DNA from: Naegleria gruberi
Taxonomy: Eukaryota
Reading direction: 5' to 3' (one strand)
Assembly: GCA_000004985.1 (NCBI GenBank)
Contig: GG738845.1
DNA length: 64,000 bases
Shown here in pieces: positions 59,118-64,000 of the stretch; positions within the stretch are counted from its first letter, which is position 1, and every line of letters starts with the position of its first letter. A program made the position numbers and the translations under genes. Below the pieces are notes generated by a model. That model was not told the origin of the DNA, did no database searches, and was given only the letters and a program-made list of their open reading frames with translations.

Positions 59118-59325
59118 TTTATTTGTTGAGGACAATATTCTCGCTTTATTTTCCTGTGCAGAGAGATTCTCTAAGCTTCTTACCAGAGAGGAATTTTCTC
59201 TGCTTTTTACTCGCCCACCACAACTTGACAAAGCGAAATATCAACTCCACTTCGTTCTCCACTCTCTAAACAAATCCCACACAACTTCAAAAAAAAAATT
59301 CAAAAAGACACTCTCTACATATACA

Positions 59326-62300
59326 ATGGTCACCCGTAAGGAATTAGAAGAAATCTTTAAAGAAAGAATTCTCATCATCGATGGTGCTATGGGTACCATG
59401 ATCCAAAAATACAAGCTCTCAGAAGCTGATTTTAGAGGTAGGTAATGATGTTCGGAACATTTTAAATTCAATTATATCAAATATTCTTACTTGTGATGAA
59501 TAATTTTAGGAGAGGAATTCAAGGATTGGAATTGCGATTTGAAGGGTAACAATGATATGTTGTGTATTACACGACCTGAAATTATTGTTGAAATTCATGA
59601 AAAATACTTGGAAGCTGGAGCAGATATTATTGAAACTAATACCTTCTCATCAACAGTTATTTCTCAAGCCGATTACAATGCACAATCATTAGCATATAGA
59701 TTAAACTTTTGCGCAGCTCAGTGTGCTAAAAAAGCTGCCACAAAATATACTCAACTCACACCTGAAAAGCCTCGTTTTGTTGCTGGTGCTTTAGGTCCAA
59801 CAAACAAGACCGGTTCTATTTCTCCTAGTGTTGAAGATCCTGGTTTTAGAAATATCTCTTTCGACGAATTATATGAAGCATATTTCGAACAAGTTCGTGG
59901 TTTAGTTGATGGTGGTGCTGATATTTTGCTCATTGAAACTATTTTCGATACATTAAATGCAAAGGCTGCTGCATTTGCTTGTATGGATTATTTGGAAAAG
60001 TTTAATATTGATATGCCAATTATTATTTCTGGTACAATTACCGATCAAACTGGTAGAACCTTGTCAGGTCAAACAACTGAAGCTTTCTACATTAGTATGA
60101 TGCATAGTAATATGCTTTGTATGGGTCTCAATTGTGCATTGGGTACTGTTCAAATGAAGCCTTTCGTTAAGGCATTGTCTAACATTGCTGAATGTTTTAC
60201 TCATGCTTATCCAAATGCTGGGTTGCCTGATGAAATGGGTCAATACAGACAAACTCCGGAAGAAATGGCTCGTCAAGTTAAGGATTTCCTTGATGAAAAA
60301 CTCGTCAACATGATTGGAGGTTGTTGTGGTACTACACCAGATCACATTAGAGCTTTGGCTCAATTGGCAGCTCAATACAAACCAAACCAAATCAGAAAGC
60401 CACAAGAACCTACTCATGATATGAAATTATCTGGATTGGAACCAATGATTTATTCTAAGAATTCTAACTTTATCAACGTTGGTGAAAGATGTAACGTTGC
60501 TGGTAGTATTCGTTTCAAGAAATTGATTATGGAAAATAAGTTTGAAGATGCCTTGTCTATTGCTAGAAACCAAGTTGAAGCTGGTGCTCAAGTAATTGAT
60601 GTTAACATGGATGAAGGCCTTTTGGATTCCAAGAATGTCATGAAGAAATTCTTGTACTTGATTATGAGTGAACCTGAAATTTCCAAGATCCCAATCATGG
60701 TTGACAGTTCTAAATTTGAAGTTGTTGAGCAAGGTTTGAAATGTATTCAAGGTAAATGTATTGTCAACTCATTGAGTTTGAAGGAAGGTGAAGAAGATTT
60801 CATTGCCAAGGCCAAGAAGGTCAAAAAGTACGGTGCTGCTGTGGTTGTCATGGCTTTCGATGAACAAGGTCAAGCTGCCGAATGTGCCAGAAAGGTTGAA
60901 ATTTGTACTAGAGCTTACAAGATTTTGACAGAAAAAGTTGGATTCCCACCAGAAGATATCATTTTTGATCCAAATATTCTTACAATTGCCACTGGTATTG
61001 AAGAACACAATAATTATGGTGTTGAATTCATCAATACTATCAAGATTATCAAGGAAACCCTCCCATATGCTAAAGTATCTGGTGGTGTATCAAACTTGTC
61101 ATTCTCTTTCCGTGGTTTAACTCTTGTCCGTGAATCTATGCACAGTGCATTCTTGTATCATGCCATCAAGGCTGGTATGGATATGGGTATTGTAAATGCT
61201 GGTGCTTTGCCAATTTATGATGAAATCACACCAAAGATCCTTCAATTGTGTGAAGATGCTATTTTGAATAGAAATGAAAATGCAACTGAAAATCTTTTAA
61301 GTTTTGCCTCCGAATTGAGAGAAAAGCAAGCTCATGGTGAGGATATTGAAGGACCAAAACAAAAGGAAGTTTTGGCTTGGAGAACTGGCTCAGTTCAAGA
61401 AAGACTCAAACATGCCTTGATTAAGGGTATTGTAGATTTTATTGATTCAGACGTTGAAGAAGCAAGACAAAATTTGCCATCTCCACTCTCTGTTATTGAA
61501 GGTCCATTGATGAATGGTATGAATGTTGTTGGTGACTTATTTGGTGCTGGTAAAATGTTTTTGCCTCAAGTTATTAAGAGCGCTCGTGTCATGAAGAAGG
61601 CTGTCAAGTATCTCATTCCATACTTGGAAAAGGATAAGGAAGAGAAGCGTCTCAGAGGTGAAGCTACTTCTTCATCAGCTGGTAGAATCTTATTAGCCAC
61701 TGTTAAGGGTGACGTTCACGATATTGGTAAGAATATTGTTGGTGTAGTCTTGGCCTGTAATAACTTTGAAGTTATTGATTTGGGTGTCATGATTCCTCCT
61801 GATGTTATCGTTCGTGAAGCAAAGGAAAAGAATGTTGACATTGTTGGTCTCTCTGGTTTGATTACTCCATCTTTGGATGAAATGGCTACTGTTGCCAAGG
61901 AAATGCAAAAGGGTGGATTGACTTGTCCACTTCTTATTGGTGGTGCTACTACATCTAGAACCCACACTGCTGTCAAGATTTGCCCACAATACGATCAACC
62001 ATGTATCCATGTTTTAGACGCCAGTAGAAGTGTTGTTGTTGCCTCAAGCCTTTTGGATAATAGATTGAGAGAAGAATATATGGAAGAAATTAATGAACTC
62101 TATGAAGAATTGAGGGAAGAGCACTACGACTCACTCCTTGAAAGAAAGTTCGAAAATATTCAACATGCCAGACAATCCAGACTTGCAATAGATTGGGAAA
62201 AGCAACCACCTGCAAAGTCTCCAACCTTTTTGGGTGAAAAAGTTTTGGACAACTTCCCTCTTGACCAACTTGTGTCTCATATTGATTGGTCTCCATTCTT

Positions 62301-63162
62301 CTCAGTGTGGCAAATTAAGGGTAAATATCCACACAGAGGTTACCCAAAGATTTTCAACGATCCTGATGTTGGTGAAGAAGCTAAGAAACTCTTTGATAAT
62401 GCTACCAAGATGTTAAAATCTATTATTGAAGAAAAGAAACTCGTTGCTAGAGGTATTGTTGGTTTCTACCCAGCCAATACAAATGATTCCAAGAGTTTGG
62501 ATGATATCGAAATTTATGATCCAACTTGTCCAGAGGAAAAGAAGCAAATTGGTACATTCTATGGTCTTCGTCAACAAGCTGAAAAGGAAAATGATGAAGA
62601 ACCATTCATGTGTATTTCTGACTTTATTGCTCCAAAGACTACTGGATTGAATGATTATATTGGTCAATTTGCTGTTTCCATCTTTGGTGCTGAAGAATTG
62701 GCTGCTAAATATCAAGAAGATGATGATGACTACTCATCCATTATGGTTAAAGCTCTTGCCGATAGATTGGCAGAGGCCTTTGCTGAATTATTACACGAAC
62801 TTGTCAGAAAGGATTATTGGGGATATTCTCCAGAAGAAAAGTTGGATACTGAAGATTTGTTGAGAGTTAAATATCAAGGTATCAGACCTGCTCCTGGTTA
62901 TCCATCACAACCTGACCACACTGAAAAGGAGACAATGTGGAGAATTGGTCAAATTACTGAAAAGACTGGAATTAAATTGATTGAAGAAAGTTTGGCAATG
63001 TGGCCACCTGCATCCGTATCTGGATTATACTTTGCTCACCCAGAAGCTAAATACTTTGCTGTTGGTAAGATTAGTAAGGATCAAGTTGAAGATTACATGA
63101 AGAGAAAGGAATGGGCTGATATGGATTATGCTGAAAAGAAATTGAGCACAATGCTCTTCTAA
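59326..63162 (+). CDS. metH: Cobalamin-dependent methionine synthase (MetH/MTR-type, 5-methyltetrahydrofolate–homocysteine methyltransferase). Two exons: 59326..59437 and 59510..63162.
   Basis: Exon 1 is [37 protein letters not shown]|G (GTAGGT, 72-nt intron). Exon 2 [46 protein letters not shown] matches human MTR. The B12-binding region is [18 protein letters not shown] (DxHxxG) with ...SGL and the C-terminal AdoMet activation domain. The full protein is about 1245 aa. Confidence 0.9.
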
Positions 63163-63268
63163 GAAATATAATGTTTACAATTTTAATTAACTACACAAAA
63201 ATTTGTTTTTGAATCATTTTTCTTCTCATCATCAATGACGTACTTAAACTTATTAATAGAAAGCAAAA

Positions 63269-63691
63269 ATGAAAAAAATGGCCAATAATCATAGACAATT
63301 AAAGTCATCACTGTTTGGAAGTGCTTCGGAAAAGGATACCTCCTCCAAACCAACAACTGGGTATCGGGATAGAAGTGTAAATGAACAGGATGAAGATTTG
63401 CAAGATTCTGAATTTAATCAAGTTGCTTTGGAATTAGGGCAAACCAGTCAAGCATTGAAACATATAGCAGGAGAGTTGAAAGATGAAGTTTCCCAACAAG
63501 TTTATGGACTCAAGGGAACAAGTACAAACATGACGGAAACCAATGTAGGAATGAAAAAAGTGATGACCAGGATGGAACAAGTTTTTGATGTGAGGACCTG
63601 GAGTCAAATGTGGACTTTGGTTTTGATAATTGTTGGAGTCTTTTTCTTTTTCTACTATTTGATTAGATTTTTAGTTTATTATTTCAAGTAG
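63269..63691 (+). CDS. Bet1-like Qc-SNARE with a C-terminal transmembrane anchor.
   Basis: A SNARE heptad region (LQDSEFNQVALELGQTSQALKHIAGELKDEVSQQ...MKKVMTRMEQVF) is followed by WTLVLIIVGVFFFFYYLIRF. Its size of about 135 aa and its architecture match Bet1/Sft1. Confidence 0.55.
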   Translation: MKKMANNHRQLKSSLFGSASEKDTSSKPTTGYRDRSVNEQDEDLQDSEFNQVALELGQTSQALKHIAGELKDEVSQQVYGLKGTSTNMTETNVGMKKVMTRMEQVFDVRTWSQMWTLVLIIVGVFFFFYYLIRFLVYYFK

Positions 63692-63872
63692 TAGAGTTTT
63701 TAGTTTCTCTTTAGCAGATAATATTTAGAATTATTGAGAGAAGATTTGTAAAATAATATAGATTTTGTAAATAAGTTAAAAGAAATATTTATACATTAGG
63801 CCAACACAACTGTGTTGTAATCAAAATTGATTAACACATCAATCATTAAAATACACAAAAAAAATTACAAAA

Positions 63873-64000
63873 TTAATCCTTCTTCAAATAGAATCTTCTG
63901 TGCTTATCGTCGACTCTATCCAAGTAATAAGATCCTGAATCAATATAATCGGTAGGATTTGTGGCAACAAAGTCATGCTTCAAATATGTTTCCATGTTAG
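63873..64000 (-). CDS. 3' end of an unidentified gene that runs off the window edge.
   Basis: The minus-strand frame ...METYLKHDFVATNPTDYIDSGSYYLDRVDDKHRRFYLKKD* ends at a TAA at 63873-63875. It is open to the window edge. Confidence 0.4.
   Translation of the reverse strand, partial: NMETYLKHDFVATNPTDYIDSGSYYLDRVDDKHRRFYLKKD

Noticed and set aside
33541-63162. Possibility that NadE and MetH are bacterial contamination or mis-assembly.
   Set aside because: Both genes contain canonical short spliceosomal introns with the same donor and branch style as their neighbours. They share the window's codon usage and are flanked on both sides by clearly eukaryotic genes.
1-64000. Search for a prokaryotic-style novel system such as a defence island, operon, CRISPR or toxin-antitoxin.
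   Set aside because: The window is eukaryotic nuclear DNA, with spliceosomal introns, monocistronic genes and eukaryote-specific proteins such as THOC2, Elongin A, Nopp140, RPL41 and NDUFB4. I saw no CRISPR repeats, no operon-like co-directional arrays with RBS spacing and no phage genes.

Overview
This 64 kb window is gene-dense nuclear DNA from an AT-rich eukaryote, not a prokaryotic locus. About 35 protein-coding genes are packed at roughly one per 1.8 kb. Many are interrupted by very short spliceosomal introns of 39-150 nt, with GTAAGT or GTATGT donors, CTAAC- or TACTAAT-like branch sites and AG acceptors. Codon usage is yeast-like (AGA, TTG, GGT, CCA, GCT). A Zn2Cys6 zinc-cluster factor and the CTAAC-type introns suggest an early-diverging, fungus-like organism, but that is inference only. 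The six-frame ORF track often splits one gene into several ORFs. Its ORFs that begin at GTG or TTG are usually exon 2 of a spliced gene, not true starts. I re-joined these by hand wherever donor, acceptor and reading frame all fit. Genes recognised by motif include a RecQ helicase, a THOC2 homologue, Dbp5/DDX19 and DDX51-like DEAD-box helicases, an Elongin A domain protein, a Nopp140/SRP40-like nucleolar phosphoprotein with a tandem acidic-serine repeat array, a GCK-III STE20 kinase, a second kinase with a large unknown N-terminal region, a RasGAP–Sec14–RhoGAP triple-domain protein, PTGES2-like, MPDU1, ERO1, a TLDc protein, an NDUFB4-like complex I subunit, mitochondrial serine hydroxymethyltransferase, cobalamin-dependent methionine synthase, a single-domain bacterial-type NadE and a Bet1-like SNARE. 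The tiny intron-containing RPL41 gene is invisible to the ORF track. No defence island, operon or secretion system of the prokaryotic kind is present. The points most worth a second look are these. A 3.5 kb ORF-free AT-rich block at 45.1-48.6 kb carries a TA microsatellite, isolated G-rich islands and a perfect 28-nt direct repeat pair 1.27 kb apart. The NH3-type NadE with a spliceosomal intron is a candidate old horizontal acquisition. The dual Ras/Rho GAP has an unusual domain architecture. B12-dependent MetH in a fungus-like genome implies cobalamin use.
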